Below, in pieces: positions 1 to 8,139 of a stretch of DNA of 61,623 nt (positions are counted from its first letter, which is position 1; every line of letters begins with the position of its first letter). Made by a program: the position numbers and the translations under genes. Origin of the DNA: a virus (taxonomy: Duplodnaviria > Caudoviricetes); IMG/VR virus record IMGVR_UViG_3300002219_000044, positions 1 through 61,623 of that record; one strand, given 5' to 3'. Below the pieces are notes generated by a model. It searched no databases. It saw nothing but the letters and a program-made list of their open reading frames with translations, and had not been told where the DNA came from.

Positions 1-44
1 AGGGATTTTAAGTCCCTTGCGTCTACCAGTTCCGCCACCCAGGC
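1..44 (-). tRNA. tRNA-Leu(TAA), 5' half only (cut by window edge); probable att core
   Basis: Reverse complement GCCTGGGTGGCGGAACTGGTAGACGCAAGGGACTTAAAATCCCT: acceptor 5' strand, D-arm, anticodon stem AGGGA/TCCCT with loop CTTAAAA. Confidence 0.9.
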
Positions 45-121
45 AGGCCCGTAAACACGCTGTTTATGCGGCTTGCCGCGTTTATTCCAAAATTGTAAAA
101 GTTACAAAAACCGCCAAAAAA

Positions 122-175
122 CATCAAAACAGTAACCAAATCGGTTACTGTTCGGTTACTGTTTTGATGACTGTT
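122..175. repeat. 16-bp perfect inverted repeat plus tandem TCGGTTACTGT; candidate integrase arm-type sites
   Basis: CATCAAAACAGTAACC (122-137) / GGTTACTGTTTTGATG (154-169); TCGGTTACTGT at 141 and 152. Confidence 0.6.
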
Positions 176-205
176 TACTTGCTTTTTTGCCGCCTGTCAA
201 CCGTC

Positions 206-688
206 TTAAAGCGGACCGTTTGCGGCCAATACCTGATCATAGGTCGCCATGATCGGAAGTTTCTGCCAGTACCCCGGCCAGACGGCCACCACGCCGGTTT
301 TTCCATATTGTCGGATAAACCGGTCTGCCCGCGACAACTGCTTTGTCAGTTTTTGCCACATGGTTTTATCCGGGCGCTCGGCGATCTGTTCGGCATACCT
401 GACGCCCATGGCCTCGAAATACACCATTGCCCCGTCCCACTTAGAGATTGACACCAACACGCCGTGACGCACAATCTGAAAATCCGATCTGCTTACCAGA
501 TCGTGAATCACGCCCGAGTAGGTACTTGTCCCCTTTAAGGCTGGCACGGATTCCCGGTCGTTGATGAAACCACGCGGGGCCAGAATCACCTGTTTCAGGT
601 AGTCGCTGTAATACGGCAATGGTTCCAGCAACCGATTGTATTTATAGTTGATCTCTTCAACGAACAGGCGTGATAAGAATTTCGACAT
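206..688 (-). CDS. DUF1353-like phage protein
   Basis: APRGFIND.ESVP and VIHDL motifs; last gene of lysis cluster. Confidence 0.65.
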   Translation of the reverse strand: MSKFLSRLFVEEINYKYNRLLEPLPYYSDYLKQVILAPRGFINDRESVPALKGTSTYSGVIHDLVSRSDFQIVRHGVLVSISKWDGAMVYFEAMGVRYAEQIAERPDKTMWQKLTKQLSRADRFIRQYGKTGVVAVWPGYWQKLPIMATYDQVLAANGPL

Positions 689-745
689 ATCTGCTTTCCG
701 TGCTGGTTTGCGCCACTATGGTTATCCGATACCGGCCGATGCGCC

Positions 746-1219
746 CTACAGGTATTGCGAAACGACGGTTTTCTGGTTCTGAATGCCACGCAGAAGCAAC
801 TGCCTGTCGAAGTCGCAAATAGGCAGGTCCGCCGACAGGCTGGTTGTAAATTTCGACAGGATAAACAGTTTGTTCTGGATCCGGTCCGGCAATAGGTCCA
901 ACTCCTTTTCCACGGCGATTATCAGATCCGCATAGGTGCTCATGCTCGTAACGTAGCCCTCTATCCGTTCCAAAAAAGCGTTCGCTTCGGCCGCCGTGTA
1001 AACTCCCTGGTAAAGCAATTCGTCATTCGCAAGCTGTATCAAGAGATCCTGACTCTCAGGATTGGGGACCGCCGCGCAGATAAGCGAGCCTTCCGGCGCG
1101 TCCTTACAGGCCGTGCTCGGTACCAGTTGGGTACCCGCGCATCCGGAGAAAAGCAGCAACGCCATGCAAAACATCAACGTCCAAGCAGACATAAACACTG
1201 AATACCGTTTTGATCTCAT
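746..1219 (-). CDS. Lipoprotein of lysis cluster
   Basis: Signal peptide with lipobox LFSGC. Confidence 0.65.
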   Translation of the reverse strand: MRSKRYSVFMSAWTLMFCMALLLFSGCAGTQLVPSTACKDAPEGSLICAAVPNPESQDLLIQLANDELLYQGVYTAAEANAFLERIEGYVTSMSTYADLIIAVEKELDLLPDRIQNKLFILSKFTTSLSADLPICDFDRQLLLRGIQNQKTVVSQYL

Positions 1220-1446
1220 TCGTTTTTATCCTTTCCTTGATTTTCCATGTATTTTTGCGCGACTTCGCCGGTTATGGCGATGCCAAGAAATGTTACCAGG
1301 CCAAACGGAAGATCCTGCACGGCGCCCGTAGCTATGCTGATTCCCGCCCACACATACGAAACCAGCAAGGTGCTGTGCAGGGCGATAAACCGCATGTTCG
1401 ACTCGCGGGTGCCAGACGTGATCAGCTTCCGAAAGAACTCACGCAA
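1216..1446 (-). CDS. Holin-like two-TM protein
   Basis: 76 aa, two hydrophobic segments, charged C-tail, overlaps endolysin. Confidence 0.6.
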   Translation of the reverse strand: MREFFRKLITSGTRESNMRFIALHSTLLVSYVWAGISIATGAVQDLPFGLVTFLGIAITGEVAQKYMENQGKDKNE

Positions 1447-1897
1447 CGTATTTCCGCCAGGCCGCCATGAACTTCTCAGGCGTCCCGTCCCCCAGTTTCG
1501 TGTTGTAATAGGTCTTCCAGTACCGCGCCATTCCCTGAATGTCTTCGTACTCCGGCAGCGCTTCTTTCACTCGCAGATAATGAATCCGCGCCATAAGGAT
1601 CTGGTAACGGAGATCGTATTGGAGCCGATCTTCGTCCGGGCCGGAATACCCCAGTTCAGCCAGCGCCGCCTTGATCTTCGGCTGATACCGGAGCCAATTC
1701 GCCCATATGTCCCGCTCGGTAAAAGGTTCCATTTGAAAGGGGCCAAGAGCGGGCCCGCCGCCGATCTGAAACCAGTATTCCCCCAGGGCTGACTCGACCG
1801 CGGCCGTACCCATAAGCAGGCTTACCGCTGACTCGGAATGAAGCCCTGCGACGCGCAACACAGAGGCGATCAGATATCGCAGTTGGTTTTTATTCAT
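1439..1897 (-). CDS. Endolysin, lysozyme/transglycosylase-like
   Basis: GTAAVES...GPALGPFQME...YWKTYYNT motifs. Confidence 0.75.
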   Translation of the reverse strand: MNKNQLRYLIASVLRVAGLHSESAVSLLMGTAAVESALGEYWFQIGGGPALGPFQMEPFTERDIWANWLRYQPKIKAALAELGYSGPDEDRLQYDLRYQILMARIHYLRVKEALPEYEDIQGMARYWKTYYNTKLGDGTPEKFMAAWRKYVA

Positions 1898-2261
1898 CGT
1901 TTAACCGCATAGGCCTTTGTGGCCCGCCGCCGTGGTCCGCCATGTACTGTTCCACGCGGCCTAAAAAGTTCGCCACTTTGGTGTACTGCTTTCGTGTTTC
2001 CTTGATTTCGTTGCATATGCTGTCCAGCTTCCTGCTGATCGCTTCCCGGCTTTCTGCCTTGTCTTTGTCGATCTGGTCCATGAATCTTTCGGCGTCCTTG
2101 TCGATCTGGATCATGGACTTTTCGATCTGTAGCCCTCGTTTGGTGCATTCACGGTTTGAGACAAATTTCACTTTCATCACCGCAAGCACTATTCCTCCAA
2201 TAGTAGTGCCTACCGCCGTGCTTATGCCCGCAATTTCCGAAATAGAGGCTGAGACTGGCAT
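1890..2261 (-). CDS. Single-TM coiled-coil protein (holin/antiholin-like)
   Basis: N-terminal hydrophobic helix plus coiled coil, upstream of endolysin. Confidence 0.55.
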   Translation of the reverse strand: MPVSASISEIAGISTAVGTTIGGIVLAVMKVKFVSNRECTKRGLQIEKSMIQIDKDAERFMDQIDKDKAESREAISRKLDSICNEIKETRKQYTKVANFLGRVEQYMADHGGGPQRPMRLNDE

Positions 2262-2288
2262 AATTCAAGACACGCTTTCTTTTGTGGG

Positions 2289-3302
2289 TTAGAAGTTTTT
2301 GTCAAATTCGTACCCGGCCAGCGCCCGCCCGTACTCGATTTCTTCCGGCGCATAGTGAGGCGGCAAGACGGGTCTCTGCTTCCTTTCGCCGCCGGGCAGG
2401 GGCAGGGTGTCCATGTTCACGCGGGAAGCCGCCTCGAAAAATCCGATAAGCGCATGGAAATCCGCTTCATCGGCCATGTGCAGCATCGCGGTCAGCACCT
2501 TGTCAGGCACGGCGACAACGGACTTGCCGGCGCATTCAAGTATGGCCTTCCGGCGGGTCTCTTTTGCGGCCTCCATTTCGGCCAGCGCCTTTTTCATGCT
2601 GTCGATCTGTCCGGCCTGGTTTTCGACTTCGGATCTCAGTGCATCCTCGTAGATGGCGGCCCGTTCAAGTTGCTCTTCCAGATCCACGGTCCGGATCTGA
2701 GTCGATGCCACCCAGGAATTGAGATACTTTTCGGCGGTGGCATCCGCCACGCCAGCCTTGCAAATGCTCTCAAGGATCATGTCTCGCGTTTGGCCACCGG
2801 CATTTTCGAGGATATAGCCGCGGTTTGCAGCGAATCCCGGCTGCAGGACATAATCGAATCCGTGGAAATCGCTGATCCGAGTAGCGCCTACCGCGCCGCC
2901 GTCCGTTCCGCCGCAGGCCCATGAAAACCCGCCGACTTTCGAGGCGTTCAGCCCTGTTACGACTTTGCCGGGCGCCGTTTCGAGGATCTCCTGGTGGTGC
3001 TCAACGGCCCCGTCCTTCCCGACTTCGAAAAACACGGTGACATTCGAGGGGATATTTTCCACGATAACGGATGACCCGTCCGGCAGCTTGACCGGCTCGA
3101 CTTCCTCAAGATTCATTTTCCGGGCGATAATCCGCCGGCCATGCCCCAAATAGCCGAAGGCTTCCCGAAGCCGGATCTTCTCCCTGGTGGGATCGGCGTA
3201 GCAAGCCTTGACCGCGCTTTCCAGAATATAGTTCCGGTGGTGGCCGGTGTATTTGCGGCCCTCCTGGAACAGGTTAAAATTGCACTTGATGATTTCTCCC
3301 AT
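2289..3302 (-). CDS. pro: Prohead processing protease, P1 Pro-like
   Basis: GYLGHGRR, GGFSWA, GFDYV motifs; follows portal; GGAGG RBS. Confidence 0.75.
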   Translation of the reverse strand: MGEIIKCNFNLFQEGRKYTGHHRNYILESAVKACYADPTREKIRLREAFGYLGHGRRIIARKMNLEEVEPVKLPDGSSVIVENIPSNVTVFFEVGKDGAVEHHQEILETAPGKVVTGLNASKVGGFSWACGGTDGGAVGATRISDFHGFDYVLQPGFAANRGYILENAGGQTRDMILESICKAGVADATAEKYLNSWVASTQIRTVDLEEQLERAAIYEDALRSEVENQAGQIDSMKKALAEMEAAKETRRKAILECAGKSVVAVPDKVLTAMLHMADEADFHALIGFFEAASRVNMDTLPLPGGERKQRPVLPPHYAPEEIEYGRALAGYEFDKNF

Positions 3303-3322
3303 ATAAAAAACCTCCTGATTTA

Positions 3323-4996
3323 TTAACCGTACAGCTCGCCTATGTAGCGATCCACCACGCGCTTGAGCTTCTTCATTCCCGCCGATTCCATGACCTCATC
3401 GTCGTCATCGTCTTCTTCGCCGGGTTCTGCTTCCGCAGGCGCTCCCTCGATCTTGTCCGGAAATATGCTCTTGAACTTTTCTTCGTCCACGCGCATGAGG
3501 TCGGTGAAAAAGTAGTTGGCAAGGGCGGTGCGGTCCACAGACGTAAATTCCGCATCGATGACCTGGATCAACTGGGCCACCATGGTAGCGAACGTGACGC
3601 GCCCTTCCGCATTCTCCCGCTCTTCGCGCTCCATGGCGGTCGATACAGAGTTAAACACGATCCGCCACGGCCGTTCGCCGGGCAGGAATACTTTTCCGTA
3701 TTTGTAGGCAAGGTGGATCTCGAAGAGGGACTCAACGCCTGTCAGAATGGCTTGCCGCAGCAAGTTGGCCTTGATGGCGGCCAGAACGGAGATCCGGAAG
3801 AAACCGCCGTCACCCAGGCCTCCGGAAAGCATTTCCCCGAAACCCAAAAGGGAAGGGTCGATTCCCAGGGCGGACCCCAGGCGCTTAATGTGAAAATCGA
3901 TATCCGCAAATCCGTCCAGGTTCGGGTTTCCTTCCATACTGGAAATGTCCAGCCGGCCCTTGCCGTCGCCGAATATGGGGATAGTGTGATTGATTACCGT
4001 GGGAACGTACCCGCGCCGCAAAGACTCCTTGGCGGCATTCTGGTTGACCTTGTGGAGCTGGCTTGTAACCGTGTTGAGGTATTGCGCTGCCCGCTGGGGC
4101 GACAGCTTGCCGGTATTGACGCCGATCAGCCGCTCCAGACGCGAGGCGTTTTTCCGGGACATATTCATTGAAAGGATGGCTTCCTGCAGGTCCATCCATG
4201 GCCCGAAAGCGGTTTCTATCAGGCTCGAACCGTAGTTCTGACTTTCGATGATACTTTCCGACCGGAAATCGTCGCTTGACATATCGAAGATCGCGCCGTC
4301 CAGCCTTGGCGGTTCAATGTCCGATTCCAGTTTCCATATCGGGATCCGGAACGCAACAAACTTCCAAGGGTCCATCATTTCGATTCGGCCGGCGTTGCGG
4401 ATGGGGTTCTGGAATGCCGACGTGTACCCGGCAAGCTGGCCGGCTTGCTCGTACGCCCGGACAAATTTCGGATGAGAATAGTAATCGGTCCGAACCAGTT
4501 CCACGCCCTTCCGCGGTGCGCCATAGACGCGAGTGTATGAGATTCCGTCAAGCGCCGCATTGTAGGCCCAAAACTGAGCGTTTTTATTAATGATGTCCTT
4601 GAACGTGTTCCGAAGATCTTCGGTGATCGGATCGTCCTTATCCGCCGTGGATTCGATGGATATGATTTCCCCGGTGTCGGATCGGGCGCTGAGGGCATGT
4701 GATATGTGCATTTTTATGGCCGAGTCAATGGTGGGATCGTCGGCCATGATTTTGAATACGGGATATTTCAGCAACCGGGACCGCGGAAGTTCGGATATCG
4801 GATACGGGTTGTCTTCCGGTTCCCTGGTAGGATCGCCTGCCAGTGGCGCACCGCCCAGGAGGGCATCCGCCGCAAAATCCTCAAATCCCGCCTGCGAAGG
4901 AATGGTGACGTTCGCATTGTCGCTCTTCTGTGTCTTGAGCCAGCCCGGGTATAACCGCCGCCACAAAGACGGTCTTTTTTTCTTTTCATCGTCCAT
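3323..4996 (-). CDS. prt: Portal protein, P1 Prt-like
   Basis: 557 aa from MDDEKK; NYGSSL, LGIDPSLLGF, LSGGLGDGGFFR; paired with protease. Confidence 0.8.
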   Translation of the reverse strand: MDDEKKKRPSLWRRLYPGWLKTQKSDNANVTIPSQAGFEDFAADALLGGAPLAGDPTREPEDNPYPISELPRSRLLKYPVFKIMADDPTIDSAIKMHISHALSARSDTGEIISIESTADKDDPITEDLRNTFKDIINKNAQFWAYNAALDGISYTRVYGAPRKGVELVRTDYYSHPKFVRAYEQAGQLAGYTSAFQNPIRNAGRIEMMDPWKFVAFRIPIWKLESDIEPPRLDGAIFDMSSDDFRSESIIESQNYGSSLIETAFGPWMDLQEAILSMNMSRKNASRLERLIGVNTGKLSPQRAAQYLNTVTSQLHKVNQNAAKESLRRGYVPTVINHTIPIFGDGKGRLDISSMEGNPNLDGFADIDFHIKRLGSALGIDPSLLGFGEMLSGGLGDGGFFRISVLAAIKANLLRQAILTGVESLFEIHLAYKYGKVFLPGERPWRIVFNSVSTAMEREERENAEGRVTFATMVAQLIQVIDAEFTSVDRTALANYFFTDLMRVDEEKFKSIFPDKIEGAPAEAEPGEEDDDDDEVMESAGMKKLKRVVDRYIGELYG

Positions 4997-5002
4997 GGCA
5001 CG

Positions 5003-5076
5003 ATTAGAAGCGATTAGCGCGACCGAGTAAATAGCCCAAAAACGGACCTTTAAGACCCAAAACCGGACCTTTCGGT
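5003..5076 (-). promoter_or_regulatory. Late promoter copy 1: tandem activator-like sites plus -35/-10
   Basis: 5025-5076 matches 42390-42441 at 45/52; TTTACT-17 bp-TCTAAT, 6 nt before the portal ATG. Confidence 0.7.
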
Positions 5077-5103
5077 TTTTTTTGATGGGGTGTCTTTTTT
5101 TTG

Positions 5104-5132
5104 TTGACAATAAATATATGACGATATATTTA
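5104..5132 (+). promoter_or_regulatory. Sigma70-like promoter with palindromic operator for accessory island
   Basis: TTGACA at 5104; TAAATATAT-gacg-ATATATTTA at 5111-5132. Confidence 0.6.
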
Positions 5133-5181
5133 TATAACCATGATGAGGGGAGATTGGCTCCCCCAAGAAAGCGAGGCAAAC

Positions 5182-5556
5182 ATGGAAAAGAAAATTAGAC
5201 CGATCTATTACGCCAGTTACAATTTCGGAGAAGATACCGACAAAAAGATCATTTATACCGCCGTAATCGAGCGGCACCTGCAGACCCGTGGAAAGAAAAG
5301 AATGTCGTTCCATGACTATGGATACGACCGGATTTACGGTCTAAGCACAAGGTCAGACAACGCTAAATACTTTGATACCAGGGAAGAAGCTGAACGCTTC
5401 TTGGACGGTTTGAAGGCGACCGATATTTCATGGTGGTACGAGGAAAAGGAATGGAAGCTCGTTCGCCTTGCGGGCGAATGGACCGACCGCGATGGTGCGG
5501 TTTTTGACTACCTCCATGGCATTAAGGCCGGGACCGTCGAAGGGAGCACAAAATGA
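5182..5556 (+). CDS. Hypothetical protein (accessory island)
   Basis: GAGG RBS, coupled to next ORF. Confidence 0.65.
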   Translation: MEKKIRPIYYASYNFGEDTDKKIIYTAVIERHLQTRGKKRMSFHDYGYDRIYGLSTRSDNAKYFDTREEAERFLDGLKATDISWWYEEKEWKLVRLAGEWTDRDGAVFDYLHGIKAGTVEGSTK

Positions 5557-5819
5557 CATCTGAAACCATGCAAAACATGATGGAGGACATCGGGCGGAGA
5601 GTTCTGGATAAAGACATCACCCCGGAGCGAGGACTTCGGGAGTTGGACGAAATAAGACCCGACGCCGATGCGGGGTATCTGCCGCGTCTGCGTAATGAAC
5701 TCCAAACAACTGATGGAGACGTGTTTGAGGTTGCCGCTGAATACTTCGTAGCGAGGCACCTGCACGATCTGTTTACCGGACTCGAAGATATGCTCAAGAT
5801 CCTCAAAACAAGGAGTTGA
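5553..5819 (+). CDS. Hypothetical acidic protein
   Basis: ATGA overlap, GGAG RBS. Confidence 0.65.
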   Translation: MTSETMQNMMEDIGRRVLDKDITPERGLRELDEIRPDADAGYLPRLRNELQTTDGDVFEVAAEYFVARHLHDLFTGLEDMLKILKTRS

Positions 5820-5821
5820 GC

Positions 5822-6163
5822 ATGGATCAAGTATCAAGTGAACTTCGTAGCCTGGGATCTGATGGCAGGCAAACCATAGGAGGAAGAGCCTTGAAAATAG
5901 CCGCGAAAATAGCCGAACGCAAATTGGTAGATGCAGATAGGGTTGCGGAAAAGATTGTCAGGAGGATTAAAGAACAGCCCGACATGTTTGGAGAATCGTG
6001 CATCGGATGGGTGGCGCGATTGCGGAGCCGCACAATCGTAGCCGCCTCATGGGTAAAACCATGGGTGTTGCATTACTGCTACGCATCTGTCTCTGGCAAA
6101 ATCATCTCCGTGCGTATTAACACGCTCTCCGGCGCGTTAAAAACAACCGCAAAAAACACTTAA
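5822..6163 (+). CDS. Hypothetical protein
   Basis: AGGAG RBS, operon position. Confidence 0.55.
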   Translation: MDQVSSELRSLGSDGRQTIGGRALKIAAKIAERKLVDADRVAEKIVRRIKEQPDMFGESCIGWVARLRSRTIVAASWVKPWVLHYCYASVSGKIISVRINTLSGALKTTAKNT

Positions 6164-6171
6164 AATCAACC

Positions 6172-6200
6172 GCCCGGCCTCCCGGGGCCGGGCAAAAAAA
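6172..6200. terminator. GC hairpin with A tract (minus-strand terminator-like)
   Basis: GCCCGGCC-tcccgg-GGCCGGGC followed by A7. Confidence 0.5.
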
Positions 6201-6219
6201 TAAAGAAGGGGTTAATCTC

Positions 6220-6411
6220 ATGAAAAGAAAAAACCTCCCAAAGTGGACAAGGTTTTTATCGGTGTCCGACATCCGTCACATTAAGGAAAGTGGCGGGTTG
6301 AAGATCGCAACAGTTATCGACAACGAGCGATTCCAGCGCGGTAAGAAGTTTCCTTGCTTTGATTGCAAGCGGATCGCCCGGATTTTGCGCGAAAACGGGA
6401 TAATAGAATAA
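6220..6411 (+). CDS. Small basic protein with CxxC
   Basis: 63 aa, CFDC, AAGGGG RBS. Confidence 0.55.
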   Translation: MKRKNLPKWTRFLSVSDIRHIKESGGLKIATVIDNERFQRGKKFPCFDCKRIARILRENGIIE

Positions 6412-6435
6412 ATTTGAATGAAGGGAATCAATAAA

Positions 6436-6951
6436 ATGGAATCTCTCTGGTACTCATGCTATCGCGGCAACCGCGCCCCGAAAGTGCAAAAACTTTCCAG
6501 GCAGGATCTCAACGACAAGACCGTTCCCTACCGGCTCGCGCTGGGTATGGCCTTGGGCTTGGCCGGCTATCGGCCGGTCCAGAACCTTGATGGCACCGTC
6601 ACATGGCGCTGGCCGCGTCAAACCGGCAACTGGTGGGCGCTTCCGGCCAGCCTGATAGAGCAAATCGATGAGGCTTATTTCGCCGCCCTTGATTCCGCTG
6701 CGGGGATTGGCACCGGCGTAGCTACTATCAGCACCCTTGCTCGCATATTGAACGCCCAAATCGCCGAGCTGGGCGGGATCACAATGACGACCGACATGCG
6801 GATAGCTGGCAGATCGGCTTTCCCGAAGAAAATCCTGGAAAGAATTGCCGCTGCAGAAGCCAGCCGGCGGGACTGTGACGATATTAACGTCTACCTAAAC
6901 GACTGGCTGATCATTGAACTCAGCCAGCCGGTTAAGAAAGCGAGGGGATAA
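6436..6951 (+). CDS. Hypothetical protein
   Basis: ORF in island, AAGGG RBS. Confidence 0.6.
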   Translation: MESLWYSCYRGNRAPKVQKLSRQDLNDKTVPYRLALGMALGLAGYRPVQNLDGTVTWRWPRQTGNWWALPASLIEQIDEAYFAALDSAAGIGTGVATISTLARILNAQIAELGGITMTTDMRIAGRSAFPKKILERIAAAEASRRDCDDINVYLNDWLIIELSQPVKKARG

Positions 6952-6956
6952 CGGCG

Positions 6957-7217
6957 ATGCCGAACGAGTTGAAAACCATGCCCGGAATCGTGAGAGATAT
7001 CAAAAATTACCGGGTAATATTAACGGCCAGGAAAGCGGCAAGTGGGGTAAGGGGCATACGCCGGAAGCACGGAGAGTATTCGACCTGGTACAACATTCAG
7101 TCAAGCTCTCCCGAGAAGGCAATCGCCTGTGCAATCCGATATTGCACGGTGCTACAGGGCAAGATAACCGGCGTTGCTTTCGAGGCCACGCCAGAAGAAC
7201 TTGGAGCGCAATCATGA
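6957..7217 (+). CDS. Hypothetical protein
   Basis: GAGGGG RBS, ATGA overlap with next ORF. Confidence 0.55.
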   Translation: MPNELKTMPGIVRDIKNYRVILTARKAASGVRGIRRKHGEYSTWYNIQSSSPEKAIACAIRYCTVLQGKITGVAFEATPEELGAQS

Positions 7218-7537
7218 AAAGGATCTGTGCCGCCTGCGGGCGGTATGTTGAGACGAAACCGATCGGAAAGGCGCAAGTCTGTGCGGACTGCGCCGAGCGT
7301 GTCAATGCGCTGATCAAGGCGACACGGGAGGACGGGGCTCCGGTCAACGTCGCCCACGTTGCCAAGCGGTTGTTTGTTCAGCGCCGCTTGGTCCACAGCG
7401 GCAAGCCGTCCATCTTCGTCCAGGACATTCCCGGCGAACTGGCCGGTTTGCTGGCCGATCGGGCGGCCAAAATGCAAATGTCAGAGAGGGAAATCATTCT
7501 CTCTGCCCTATGGGAGTACCTGAAAAATGAGGGCTGA
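7214..7537 (+). CDS. Zn-finger plus ribbon-helix-helix-like DNA-binding protein
   Basis: CAAC/CADC; C-terminal IFVQDIP...RAAKMQMSEREIILSALWEYL. Confidence 0.6.
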   Translation: MKRICAACGRYVETKPIGKAQVCADCAERVNALIKATREDGAPVNVAHVAKRLFVQRRLVHSGKPSIFVQDIPGELAGLLADRAAKMQMSEREIILSALWEYLKNEG

Positions 7538-7569
7538 CTCGGCGCTCATAAAACCCCATTTTATCGGTT

Positions 7570-7604
7570 AAAAAAAAGGCCTCGGGTACGCCCGGGGCCT
7601 TTTG
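7570..7604. terminator. Bidirectional intrinsic terminator
   Basis: A-tract, GGCCTCGGG-tacg-CCCGGGGCC, T-tract between convergent genes. Confidence 0.75.
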
Positions 7605-7627
7605 TGTTTTTCTTACCCTTCCGGCTC

Positions 7628-8104
7628 TCACTGTTTCAGGAGAAAACCCTTCATCTCCATCTCCGGATCATCGGAAGCGAATTCCACTGAGTCGGATCCG
7701 TCTACTGTCTCCATGACGTGAAACGGGTCATCGACCATATTCTTGCAAATCCGGACCTCTTCATAGGCATGGGCGGCAATGATATTCAGCTCCGGTTTGC
7801 CGTAATCCATCGCTTCGAGCCATTCCAGATCAACGGATTCGCCGAAAGCCAGATCCCCCTGATCGATGTAAACCTTTTTCAACGGCCACCAATACGGGCC
7901 ATATGCCCGGTAACGGGTCGGATCTTTCGTAAGGATAGCCTTTAACCCTGCCAGGAATTTTTTCTTCCAGGCTTCAAGCGTCTGCCCTGCCGTTGCCTGT
8001 TCCAGAATGCCCTGCAGATCACTTTCGGCCGGTTTGCTTATCAGATCCATGTGCGCTTCATCCCTTCTTGGAAAAGTGGGCGCCGTATCAGCGCCCACTT
8101 GCAT
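7628..8104 (-). CDS. ulx: P1 Ulx-like protein
   Basis: YRAYGPYWWPLK motif; ends the darB operon as in P1. Confidence 0.6.
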   Translation of the reverse strand: MQVGADTAPTFPRRDEAHMDLISKPAESDLQGILEQATAGQTLEAWKKKFLAGLKAILTKDPTRYRAYGPYWWPLKKVYIDQGDLAFGESVDLEWLEAMDYGKPELNIIAAHAYEEVRICKNMVDDPFHVMETVDGSDSVEFASDDPEMEMKGFLLKQ

Positions 8105-8139
8105 ATTTACCCTATCATACTATTCCTGCACGATTAAAA

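Noticed and set aside
4997-5179. 61-aa N-terminal extension of portal
   Set aside because: Runs through promoter elements; ATG at 4996 fits better
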